DNA from: an uncultured Muribaculaceae bacterium
Lineage (GTDB): Bacteria > Pseudomonadota > Alphaproteobacteria > Rs-D84
Length of the DNA: 32,000 nucleotides
Direction: 5' to 3'
NCBI GenBank assembly: GCA_965231035.1
Contig: OZ246409.1
Coordinates: forward strand, 29,001-61,000
The position numbers and the translations under genes are program-made. Shown piece after piece: positions 8,003 to 16,090 of the stretch (its first letter is position 1; each line of letters begins with the position of its first letter). The notes beneath the pieces are model-generated. The model did no database searches. It was not told the origin of the DNA and saw only the letters and a program-made list of their open reading frames with translations.

Positions 8003-8893
8003 TTAAATACTGTCAGCATTTACCCATTTACCGCTTTTCAGCAATCCTGGGGTCATACCTTCGTTTGTACGCAAAGCATCAATAGTGCTGCGAGCCTTGG
8101 TTGCATCCAAATTGCTGATGCGAACCTTGAACATATCGCCTTCTTTGGTTACTGTTGCGTTACCGTATGTGCTGATTTTCTGTGCCAGATTTTTTGCACC
8201 ATCTTCTGCATAGAAAGCGCCAGCTTGAATTGTGTATTCACCGGTTGTTGCAACTGGTTCTGCTGCGACTGGTGCAGCTTCAACTGGGGCAGGTGTTTCT
8301 GTTACTGCTGGTTCTGTTGTACCAACAGTTGCATTCTTTACAGCTGTGCTTTGATCTGCCAAAACTTGAACTTGGACCTTGGTTTGACCGTTAAAGCTTA
8401 ACTTGCGTGCAACAGCAGGGGAAACGTCCATAATTCTGGTGTTAACAAATGGACCACGATTGTTTATACGAACGATTGCAGATGTTCCATTGTCCAAGTT
8501 TGTAACTTTGGCAATTGTTGGCAAAGGCAATGTTTTGCTGGTTGCAACCATTTGGTCAATATTAAATGTTTCACCGTTGCTGGTTTTTGAACCATTCAAT
8601 TCTGCTGGGATAATTCCGGCAACACCAGTTTGATCATAAGTTAAATCTTCGGCTGGGACGTATTGAGTATCTTCGACCTTATAAGCACTGCCAACGTAAT
8701 ATTTTGGTGCAGCAGCTGTCAAATAAGCATCTGTTGTGTCTGGGGTTGTTGATGTTGTTGCATCTTTGGAAATCAAAGTTTCCTCGGAAATTCCATCAGC
8801 ACCATATCCGCCCATATTATTTTCTGATGTGCCATAATCGCTACATGCGGCCAGTAAAGCTGTTAATACTGCCAATGATACAAGTTTTTTCAT
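8003..8893 (-). CDS. rlpA: Septal ring lytic transglycosylase RlpA (lipoprotein with DPBB and SPOR domains)
   Basis: Lipobox LLAACS. DPBB core reads TSNGETFN..ATSKTLPLPT.AKVTNL.NG.S..VRINNRGPF. The C-terminal SPOR-like segment reads YTIQAGAF....A..LAQKI. Confidence 0.85.
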   Translation of the reverse strand: MKKLVSLAVLTALLAACSDYGTSENNMGGYGADGISEETLISKDATTSTTPDTTDAYLTAAAPKYYVGSAYKVEDTQYVPAEDLTYDQTGVAGIIPAELNGSKTSNGETFNIDQMVATSKTLPLPTIAKVTNLDNGTSAIVRINNRGPFVNTRIMDVSPAVARKLSFNGQTKVQVQVLADQSTAVKNATVGTTEPAVTETPAPVEAAPVAAEPVATTGEYTIQAGAFYAEDGAKNLAQKISTYGNATVTKEGDMFKVRISNLDATKARSTIDALRTNEGMTPGLLKSGKWVNADSI

Positions 8894-8959
8894 TATGAAC
8901 TCCTTACATTCTTGAACGTAATTGTATCATATAAAAAGCTATGTTTCAACTAAGAATTA

Positions 8960-10444
8960 TTAAATTTTCTTTCCTATGATATATGCAATCGGCAGATATA
9001 AGATTCCAAACACTGCGATTGCACCACCAAGTGCGAATATGCTGTTAATAGGTGCAAACCAAAGTACTGTACCGAAAACAGCGGAAAGAGTTCCAAAAGC
9101 AATCATTGCGCGGACTGTACGGGCTTCTAATTTGAACAATGCACGTTTTTTGCACGCGCGCGCCAGTAGATAGTTTTTCAAGTATCCGCTGATAAGTAAT
9201 CCCAATGGAATTGCTAAATAGTTAACAAATGGGAATAATACTACGTGCAGGATACTGGCAACAATTAATGAAACAATGCTGGTTTTTACAGGTGTTCTGA
9301 CATCTTGGGCGGCATATAATGTTTTGCTGTAAATCTGGCTGATAACCATTGCAGGTAATACAAAAACTTGAATCATAATTGCATGTGAAACTGCGTCTGT
9401 GGATGCGGATGTCCATGCCCCATATTCAAACAAAAATTTGATAATTGGATTTGCTAAAACGAACAATCCAACCATGCTTGGAAAAATCAGCATCATAGAC
9501 TGTCTGATTGAAGAATTCTGCTGAATATAAACGCTGCGCATATTTTTTTCTGCGATTGCATTTGATAACGAAGAAAGCAAAACCGTCCCAGCTGCCAAAC
9601 CAATCATAGCAAAAGGCAGTTGAATAATTCTGTCTGAAAAATAAAGCCAAGAAACAGCACCGCTTTGATAACTGGCAACCAAAGTTCCAACAATAATATT
9701 CAGCTGATAAAATCCGTTTCCAAAAATGCTGACAGCAAAGCGTTTAAACATTTGTTTAATTTTTGGTGTCCATTTTGGCACTATTAATTTCAATCCAAAA
9801 TGTTTGCTGCGTATTCTGCCTAATAAAATAATAACTTGCAGTACTCCGGATGCAACAACGGTCAAAGCCATCATAAATAGTAATGTTTCATTAACGTGAC
9901 CGCCTAAGAAAAACAGCAGGCATATTAGCATAACATTCAGCAAAACTGGCATAAAAGCAGCCAGGGCAAATTTTGAAAATGCATTCAAAACAGCAGATAA
10001 AAACGCTGCTACGCAAATAAATATGACGTAAAAGAACATTACGCGCGCTGTGAATATGGTCAAAGCAACCTTTCCTGGGTCATGAAAAAATCCAGGTGCC
10101 AGAATAAAAATAATCAATGGCATAAATATTTCAAACAGCAATGTTATACCCAGCAGGATAACTACCAGCCAAGAAAAAACATTCTTGGCAAAGTTTTCAT
10201 CTTTCTTTTGGTCGGTGAACATCGGAATAAAAATAGCAGACAAAGCACCTTCGCCTAACAGGTCGCGGAAAAGATTAGGCAGCTTGAATGCGGCAAAAAA
10301 AATGTCGGACAAACGTCCAGCACCCAATACACGCGCAACCATAGCATCACGTACATAACCAAATACTCGACTGATGCCGGTCATTACCCCTACGCCAAAA
10401 ATATGTTTGCCAAGCTTCACAAATGCGATTATACTCATGGTCAA
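8960..10444 (-). CDS. murJ: Lipid II flippase MurJ (MviN)
   Basis: Polytopic membrane protein with the N-terminal signature ISRVFGYVRDAMVARVLGAG..SDIFFAAFKLPNLFRDLLGEGALSAIFIPMF. The start could also be the ATG at 10438. Confidence 0.9.
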   Translation of the reverse strand: MTMSIIAFVKLGKHIFGVGVMTGISRVFGYVRDAMVARVLGAGRLSDIFFAAFKLPNLFRDLLGEGALSAIFIPMFTDQKKDENFAKNVFSWLVVILLGITLLFEIFMPLIIFILAPGFFHDPGKVALTIFTARVMFFYVIFICVAAFLSAVLNAFSKFALAAFMPVLLNVMLICLLFFLGGHVNETLLFMMALTVVASGVLQVIILLGRIRSKHFGLKLIVPKWTPKIKQMFKRFAVSIFGNGFYQLNIIVGTLVASYQSGAVSWLYFSDRIIQLPFAMIGLAAGTVLLSSLSNAIAEKNMRSVYIQQNSSIRQSMMLIFPSMVGLFVLANPIIKFLFEYGAWTSASTDAVSHAIMIQVFVLPAMVISQIYSKTLYAAQDVRTPVKTSIVSLIVASILHVVLFPFVNYLAIPLGLLISGYLKNYLLARACKKRALFKLEARTVRAMIAFGTLSAVFGTVLWFAPINSIFALGGAIAVFGILYLPIAYIIGKKI

Positions 10445-10457
10445 AGGAAAAGCAAGA

Positions 10458-11174
10458 ATGAAAAAAATAATTTTAGTTTTCGCAGTTATGGCTGGCTTGA
10501 CTGCTTGTGGTGGTAAAAAGATAGAACCTGAACAAACATTACCGGAAATTTATAACAAAGGGTATACCCAGTTGCATAAAGAAAATTATGACAAGGCTGC
10601 AACCGAGTTTTTGAATGCTGAAAGTCAATTTCCAGCCAGTCCCTGGGCGGCCGATGCATTGGTTATGGCGGCATATTCCCAGTATATGGATGGTGATTTT
10701 CCTGGTGCTTTACTGACTACGGATCGTTTTATGCGTTTTCATCCGGGTCATTCAGATGTTGCATATGTTTTGTACCTTCGCGGAATGTGTTATTATCGTC
10801 AGGTTTCAGATGTTCGTCGCGAACAAGGTATGTCAACGTATGCGCTGCAACAGTTTCAACAATTGGTGGACAGATTCCCAAATTCCCAGTATGCAGAAAA
10901 CGCAAAGAATAAAATTATTATCTTGAAAAACTATCTGGCTGGCAAGGTTATGTATTCTGCCAGAACCGATATGACAAAGGAAAATTGGCCATCTGCGATA
11001 AATCGTTTACAGTCAATTGTTACAGACGCCCAAGAAACCAAAATGACGCCCGAGGCTTTGTTCAGATTGACCGAGGCATACACAGCCATCGGATTGCCGA
11101 ACCAAGCAGACGGTTTTGCAAAAATGTTACGGACTAATTTTCCAGATAACGAATGGACCAAGAAGTTGAAATAA
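10458..11174 (+). CDS. bamD: Outer membrane protein assembly factor BamD (YfiO), TPR lipoprotein
   Basis: Internal start MKKIILVFAVMAGLTACGG (lipobox). TPR-like content includes FPASPWA, HPGH..V.YVLYLRGMCYY and RFPNSQYAENAK. Confidence 0.85.
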   Translation: MKKIILVFAVMAGLTACGGKKIEPEQTLPEIYNKGYTQLHKENYDKAATEFLNAESQFPASPWAADALVMAAYSQYMDGDFPGALLTTDRFMRFHPGHSDVAYVLYLRGMCYYRQVSDVRREQGMSTYALQQFQQLVDRFPNSQYAENAKNKIIILKNYLAGKVMYSARTDMTKENWPSAINRLQSIVTDAQETKMTPEALFRLTEAYTAIGLPNQADGFAKMLRTNFPDNEWTKKLK

Positions 11175-11199
11175 AAAAACCGCCAACCGGCGGTTTTTT
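11174..11199. terminator. Bidirectional rho-independent terminator
   Basis: Hairpin AAAAACCGCC-AACC-GGCGGTTTTT between convergent genes. Confidence 0.6.
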
Positions 11200-12235
11200 A
11201 TCGGATAGTTTTTATCATAGAGTTTTGTATAAATACAAATGCCTTAGATGTGTTCGCAATTGGTTTATGAACCAGTTCAATCTTTTTTTTCTTAATAGCA
11301 TCTTTTATAAAATCAGAATAACTTGATAAGTCATATGATTCTGCATAAACGACTCGTTTTACACCAGATTGTAAAATGTTTTTAATACACTCATTGCATG
11401 GTTGTACGGTACAATATATTGTTGATCCTTGTAAGTTGTATCCTCCACCTTCTTTTGATTTAAAAAGTAATGCATTCATTTCAGCATGAATTTCGTTATC
11501 TAAAGAAAATTTATGGTGTTCTTCTCTATTAAAAAGTGGAGAGTTCTTTTTTGGAAATAAATCATCACAATTTTGACAGCCTTCGGGTGTTCCGTTTATG
11601 CCAGTTGATATTATCCTTTTGTTTTTTACTAATAGTGTACCTACTTGACGAGATACACAATGCGATCCACTTGCCATCGCAAAAGCCATAATTAAAAATA
11701 TTTCATCCCAATCTTTTTTATTTGCTGTTTCTAAAGAAAATTCTGAAAAATTATTTCTTTTCTTTGTTCTTTTTATTTTTTTTGCAATGTTGTTATTTAC
11801 AGAATCAACAATATTATTTTCTTTTATATATTGCAATAAACCAATTCGTACTATAACCAAAAAATTTATAATATCATCAACATTTTCTTTACAACGGTTA
11901 ATATTTTTTGCAAGACCTTTAATTAATTGGGCTAAACTGGAACATAATTTATATGTATTAACCCTTATTTTGTTTTTTGATATAACCAGCGAATTTACTT
12001 TTTCTTCTATATTAAAAGAAGTTATAACGTGTTGCATTGTTATAAAAACATCAGCAATTTCAGAAGATATTGCAGATTTATTTTTTCTTGTTTTTAGTAA
12101 CTCGATAATCAATTCGGAGTTTTCTTCTACATTTATGAGATTTTGAAAATTATATCCATTTTTTTCCAAAAGGAAATTTGACAGTTCACGCATAGAATCG
12201 AAATCTATTGAATTTTGAATGTTTAAAATGTTCAT
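11198..12235 (-). CDS. Fusion protein: N-terminal MazG-like all-alpha NTP pyrophosphohydrolase-like domain plus C-terminal dCMP (deoxycytidylate) deaminase
   Basis: The C-terminal half has the zinc motifs HAEMNAL and PCNECIKNI, with SRQVGTLLV..ISTGINGTP, as in dCMP deaminase/ComEB. The N-terminal ~170 aa contains EENSEL, 15 intervening residues, then SEIADVF, which fits the MazG ExxE..ExxD pattern. The N-terminal assignment is tentative. Confidence 0.75.
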   Translation of the reverse strand: MNILNIQNSIDFDSMRELSNFLLEKNGYNFQNLINVEENSELIIELLKTRKNKSAISSEIADVFITMQHVITSFNIEEKVNSLVISKNKIRVNTYKLCSSLAQLIKGLAKNINRCKENVDDIINFLVIVRIGLLQYIKENNIVDSVNNNIAKKIKRTKKRNNFSEFSLETANKKDWDEIFLIMAFAMASGSHCVSRQVGTLLVKNKRIISTGINGTPEGCQNCDDLFPKKNSPLFNREEHHKFSLDNEIHAEMNALLFKSKEGGGYNLQGSTIYCTVQPCNECIKNILQSGVKRVVYAESYDLSSYSDFIKDAIKKKKIELVHKPIANTSKAFVFIQNSMIKTIR

Positions 12236-12309
12236 ACTTGGCTTCCATTAATTGAACATTCTCTCTGGGGTTAAGTTTTACAGAAAATAAATAGGTTTTC
12301 AAGATTTTT

Positions 12310-12338
12310 ATTCACTTTTATTTTTTGTGTGGTAATAT
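12310..12338 (+). promoter_or_regulatory. Extended -10 promoter abutting the era start codon
   Basis: TTCACT (12311-12316) and TGgTAATAT (12330-12338). Only 6 nt separate the -10 element from the ATG at 12345, and there is no Shine-Dalgarno sequence. Confidence 0.4.
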
Positions 12339-12344
12339 CGCGAT

Positions 12345-13250
12345 ATGACTGAAAATATTAATAAAACTTATTCTGGGTTTGTGGCGATAATTGGACCGAC
12401 AAATGCCGGAAAATCAACACTTTTGAACCAAATTATGGGCCGCAAGGTTTCAATTGTATCACACAAGGTACAAACGACCCGTACCCGCCTGCGCGCTGTG
12501 AAAATGGTGGGCGAAAAACAGCTGATTTTTGTGGATACACCCGGTGTATTCAAACCTGCACGTCGATTGGATAGGGCAATGGTTGGTGCCGCCATGGACG
12601 CAATTTCGGATGCTGATGCTGTTTTATTACTGATTGACGCGACCAAGGGGATAACTGATACTATTCGTGAATTGACCAATAAAATCAAAGAACATAAAAA
12701 TCTATTCGCTGTTATAAACAAAACAGATGCAATCAGAAAACAGGATTTGCTTCCAATAGCTGCCGAGTTAAATGGTATGGCAGATTTTTGCGAGATATTT
12801 ATGACGTCGGCTTTGAAAAATGATGGTATTGAAAAAATGCTGATTTCATTGGCAGATGTTATGCCCGCCGGACCCTATTTATTTGATGCGGTTGATGCAC
12901 CTGATGTTCCGGATAATTTATATTTGGCTGAACTGACACGCGAAAAGATTTATAAATATATTCACCAAGAATTACCTTATCATATTCATGTTGTTACGGA
13001 AAAAGTTGATGTTGACCCCGAAGGTGTCTTGGAAATTCATCAAAAAATCGTTGTTAAATCCGAAGGTCATAAAAAAATAATAGTAGGGCGTGGCGGTTTA
13101 CAATTAAAACAAATTGGTACCGATGCACGCCATGATATCCAAGACCAGTGGGGCGTAAATGCACGTCTGCATTTATTTGTTCGTGTTGAACCAGACTGGG
13201 AAGAAAAAGCCGAAAACTATGAAGACCAGGGTTTAGAGTTTAAAAAATAA
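12345..13250 (+). CDS. era: GTPase Era
   Basis: G1 motif GPTNAGKST, G3 DTPG, G4 NKTD and a C-terminal KH domain (IIVGRGGLQLKQIG). Confidence 0.95.
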   Translation: MTENINKTYSGFVAIIGPTNAGKSTLLNQIMGRKVSIVSHKVQTTRTRLRAVKMVGEKQLIFVDTPGVFKPARRLDRAMVGAAMDAISDADAVLLLIDATKGITDTIRELTNKIKEHKNLFAVINKTDAIRKQDLLPIAAELNGMADFCEIFMTSALKNDGIEKMLISLADVMPAGPYLFDAVDAPDVPDNLYLAELTREKIYKYIHQELPYHIHVVTEKVDVDPEGVLEIHQKIVVKSEGHKKIIVGRGGLQLKQIGTDARHDIQDQWGVNARLHLFVRVEPDWEEKAENYEDQGLEFKK

Positions 13251-13259
13251 TTATCCAAA

Positions 13260-14801
13260 TTGAACACTTCTGATTTTGATTTTGAACTGCCAGAAAATTT
13301 AATCGCGTCGCATCCACTGGAACGGCGCGATGCTTCGCGTATGCTGGTTTTGCCAAAAAATGAAGACAAGCATATTCGTGATTTTTTGGATTATTTACAA
13401 CCTGGCGATGTAGTTGTTTTTAATAACAGCAAGGTTATTCCTGCAAGATTTGATGCGTCTGGATATGAAATTACATTGCATACCCATATTTCTGATAATA
13501 CTTGGTGGGGATTTGCCAAAAAATTTAACAAACTGCAAATTGGTGAAAAATTAAAATTAACCGACGGTACAGAAATAGAAGTTGTTGATAAAAACGATGA
13601 ATCTGGCTTAGCTGTGAAGTTTTTATGCAATGATGTTTTGTCTGTTCTGGATCGTGTTGGAAAAATGCCATTACCACCGTACATGAAGCGTCCAGACGAA
13701 GAATCTGACCGTGACCGTTATCAAACTGTTTATGCAAACCCGGTTGGCTCTATGGCGGCACCGACTGCCGGGTTGCACTTTACGAATGAAATGCTAAGTG
13801 AAATTGAAAAACGCGGTGCTAAGATTGTAAAGATAACTTTGCACGTTGGCGCTGGTACTTGGATGCCTGTTAAAACCGAAGATTTATCCAAACACAAAAT
13901 GCACAGTGAATGGGGGCAAATCACCACCGAACAAGCATCAATTATAAATTCTGCAAAACGTGTTATCGCTGTTGGTACAACATCTTTGCGATTACTGGAA
14001 AGTGCCGCAGCTTGTCTTATCCCTAGCGAGTGTGAAGTATTACCAGAATGTCAACGATTGGGTATGTCTCCCCCCCCAGAGGGGGGAGTGTCGCCAAAAT
14101 GGCGACAAGGGGGGGAAAATAGAAAATACTCAAATCGTGCTTTATCCGCCGCAAAATCCTTGCGACAAAGTATGACAATGTATGAATGTCTGTTGTGGAA
14201 AAAATTACGCAAATCACCGAATGGATTTGCTTTTCGCAAGCAACATCCAGTTGGAAAATACATTGTTGATTTTATAAACTTGGATAAAAAATTAATCATT
14301 GAATTGGATGGTGCATTGCACGGGGAAGAAAGACAAATAATTCATGACGCGATACGGGATAAGTTTTTACAAGATTTAGGTTTCAGAATTATCAGATTTT
14401 GGAACAACGAAGTGTTTAAAAAAATGGATATGGTTTTAGATACAATTTATCATTATCTGACTCACGATGATGTTCCGGATTTGGTTGCCCCCCCTCGGCT
14501 AACTTCGTCAGCCACTCCCCCCTCTCGGGGGGGAGACATCTTCCTCTTGGGGGTGAGACAAAAACCTCGCGTTCAACCATTTTGTGCAACCACTGATATT
14601 TTTATAACCCCAGGTTATAAGTTCCAGGTGGTTGATGTTTTGCTGACCAATTTTCATCTTCCTAAATCTACATTGTTTATGTTAGTTTGTGCATTTGCAG
14701 GAACGGACGAAATGAAATCGGCATACGCACACGCAGTGGCCGAAAAGTACCGCTTTTTCAGTTATGGTGATTGCTGTTTATTATTTAATAAAAAGGATTA
14801 A
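13260..14801 (+). CDS. queA: S-adenosylmethionine:tRNA ribosyltransferase-isomerase QueA carrying an in-frame insertion of about 180 aa
   Basis: TTG start. N-terminal NTSDFDFELPENLIASHP, then MPLPPYM, YQTVYA, APTAGLHFT, VIAVGTTS.R.LES, and after the insert IFITPGY.F.VVD.LLTNFHLPKSTL.MLV.AFAG and YRFFSYGD. The ORF is 513 aa, against the usual 340-360 aa. Confidence 0.9.
   Translation: MNTSDFDFELPENLIASHPLERRDASRMLVLPKNEDKHIRDFLDYLQPGDVVVFNNSKVIPARFDASGYEITLHTHISDNTWWGFAKKFNKLQIGEKLKLTDGTEIEVVDKNDESGLAVKFLCNDVLSVLDRVGKMPLPPYMKRPDEESDRDRYQTVYANPVGSMAAPTAGLHFTNEMLSEIEKRGAKIVKITLHVGAGTWMPVKTEDLSKHKMHSEWGQITTEQASIINSAKRVIAVGTTSLRLLESAAACLIPSECEVLPECQRLGMSPPPEGGVSPKWRQGGENRKYSNRALSAAKSLRQSMTMYECLLWKKLRKSPNGFAFRKQHPVGKYIVDFINLDKKLIIELDGALHGEERQIIHDAIRDKFLQDLGFRIIRFWNNEVFKKMDMVLDTIYHYLTHDDVPDLVAPPRLTSSATPPSRGGDIFLLGVRQKPRVQPFCATTDIFITPGYKFQVVDVLLTNFHLPKSTLFMLVCAFAGTDEMKSAYAHAVAEKYRFFSYGDCCLLFNKKD
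14066..14090. repeat. Left G/C-rich palindromic inverted repeat of the queA insert
   Basis: GTCTCCCCCCCCAGAGGGGGGAGTG. It is self-complementary and is the reverse complement of 14513-14537 apart from one base. Confidence 0.85.
14513..14537. repeat. Right G/C-rich palindromic inverted repeat of the queA insert
   Basis: CACTCCCCCCTCTCGGGGGGGAGAC. Its reverse complement, GTCTCCCCCCCGAGAGGGGGGAGTG, matches the left copy at 24 of 25 positions. Confidence 0.85.
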
Positions 14802-14803
14802 AT

Positions 14804-16078
14804 ATGAAATTCGAACCACAACTACACAAACTTTCAAATGGTATAACTGTCTTGCTTGATCCGATGGATATTGAATCGGTCAGTATGGAATTTACATCAC
14901 ATACTGGTGGTCGTGATGAATCAGAATCTGAATTGGGCATTACGCATTTCATGGAACATATTTTTATGAAGGGAACGCCGTTACACCCATCCCCACGTTC
15001 CATTAAAGATTATATAGAAAATAATGCCGGAACAATAAATGCAAGCACTGGAAATTCTAGTGTGCAAATTTATGGTCGAATATTGTCACAGAATTTGGTT
15101 GTCCTGGCAGAATTGGTTTCAGATTTATTAAAAAATTCATTGTTTGATGAAAAAATAATAGAAAATGAAAAACCTGTAATCCTGGATGAATATCGTCGTT
15201 CGCGCGATGATAAAGATCGAGAATTTTTCCATTTTCAAGCAGATAAATTGTTTAATGGTAGTGGCTTTGCAAACAGAATTTTGGGAACACCAGATACCAT
15301 ACAATCTTTTAATCGCGAGCAATTATTAAAGTATAAAGATACCAGAATATCTGCAAGAAATTCAATAATTGCTATCAGTGGAAAAATAAATGATTCATCG
15401 GCACTGTTGGAAAAACTAGAAGATTTATTTTCTTGGTTACCATCAATTGATGTATCCAGTAATTCAGAAATAAAAATAACACCAACTTCGGCGCATAATT
15501 TAAAGCCTGAACAAAAAAATGTAATGTTAAGAATTGGTTTTGCTGATGTATGGCCACAAACATTTGAAAATAGATTTCGTCAACAATGTATGGCAAGATT
15601 CGAAAGCATTTTATCTCGTCGTTTACATGATAAAGTTCGAAACGAAAATGGATTGGTTTATGGTATTGGTACCAGTGGTATTGGGAATGAAAACACTTTT
15701 GTAAATCAAATTTCTACGAACTCTGCACCTGGTAATTTGGAAAAAATAGTTTTTTTATGTGCAAATGTATCTGCAGAAATTTTAAATAAAAAATTAATAA
15801 CCCAGGAAGAATTAAATATAGATAAAACAAGACGTTTGTTGGGCGATGCTGATTTTCTTGAATCTCCAACGAGTAGATGTGACAGGTTGATAGATTTTTA
15901 TAGAAAATTTGAAAAATTATATGATTACTATGATACAGTCAGAATGGGTAAATCAATAACTCTGGAAGATGTTTATGAAAATACAAAAGATTATTTTTTG
16001 AATCCTGTTGGAATTTTAACTCAAGGGCCAGAATTTGATGCAGACCTAAAATCAATTTGGGAAGAAAGTTTTAAGTAA
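14804..16078 (+). CDS. M16 family (pitrilysin-like) zinc peptidase
   Basis: Inverted zinc motif HxxEH (GITHFMEHIFMKGT) with a downstream Glu region, and a two-domain length of 424 aa. Confidence 0.85.
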   Translation: MKFEPQLHKLSNGITVLLDPMDIESVSMEFTSHTGGRDESESELGITHFMEHIFMKGTPLHPSPRSIKDYIENNAGTINASTGNSSVQIYGRILSQNLVVLAELVSDLLKNSLFDEKIIENEKPVILDEYRRSRDDKDREFFHFQADKLFNGSGFANRILGTPDTIQSFNREQLLKYKDTRISARNSIIAISGKINDSSALLEKLEDLFSWLPSIDVSSNSEIKITPTSAHNLKPEQKNVMLRIGFADVWPQTFENRFRQQCMARFESILSRRLHDKVRNENGLVYGIGTSGIGNENTFVNQISTNSAPGNLEKIVFLCANVSAEILNKKLITQEELNIDKTRRLLGDADFLESPTSRCDRLIDFYRKFEKLYDYYDTVRMGKSITLEDVYENTKDYFLNPVGILTQGPEFDADLKSIWEESFK

Positions 16079-16090
16079 TAAAGGTAAATA

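Larger units (their letters stand above)
14012..14561 (+). mobile_element. In-frame DUF559/Vsr-like endonuclease cassette bounded by G/C-rich inverted repeats, inserted in queA (boundaries approximate)
   Basis: The insert encodes AKSLRQSMTMYECLLWKKLR..FRKQHPVGKYIVDFINLDKKLIIELDGALHGEE..GFRIIRFWNNEV, a full DUF559 domain. It is flanked by inverted 25-mers at 14066-14090 and 14513-14537 (24/25 match) and by an outer imperfect inverted repeat at 14012-14023 and 14550-14561 (10/12 match). Confidence 0.6.

Noticed and set aside
7883-8401. Antisense or overlapping ORFs from the track. Examples: 7883-8401, 6792-7175, 7105-7362, 8182-8394, 12368-12721, 13391-13927, 16097-16378, 21439-21870, 25775-26258, 27652-28089, 28356-29093, 29681-29959, 30411-30913, 31680-31965
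   Set aside because: All lie opposite to, or out of frame within, strongly supported genes. They have biased, low-complexity composition and lack ribosome-binding sites and recognisable motifs, so I treat them as shadow ORFs.
10374-10457. Longer bamD ORF starting at 10374 and overlapping murJ by about 70 nt
   Set aside because: The extension lacks signal-peptide features, whereas the internal Met at 10458 gives a canonical lipoprotein signal (MKKIILVFAVMAGLTAC). The overlap is therefore most likely spurious.
13998-14580. Possible intein in QueA, since the insert begins right after ..ESAA with a Cys (CLIPSE..)
   Set aside because: There is no C-terminal His-Asn followed by Cys/Ser/Thr, and I can see no Hint-domain blocks. 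The inserted domain is DUF559/Vsr-like, not LAGLIDADG or HNH inside a Hint fold. The DNA-level terminal inverted repeats point to a DNA element rather than a protein-splicing element.
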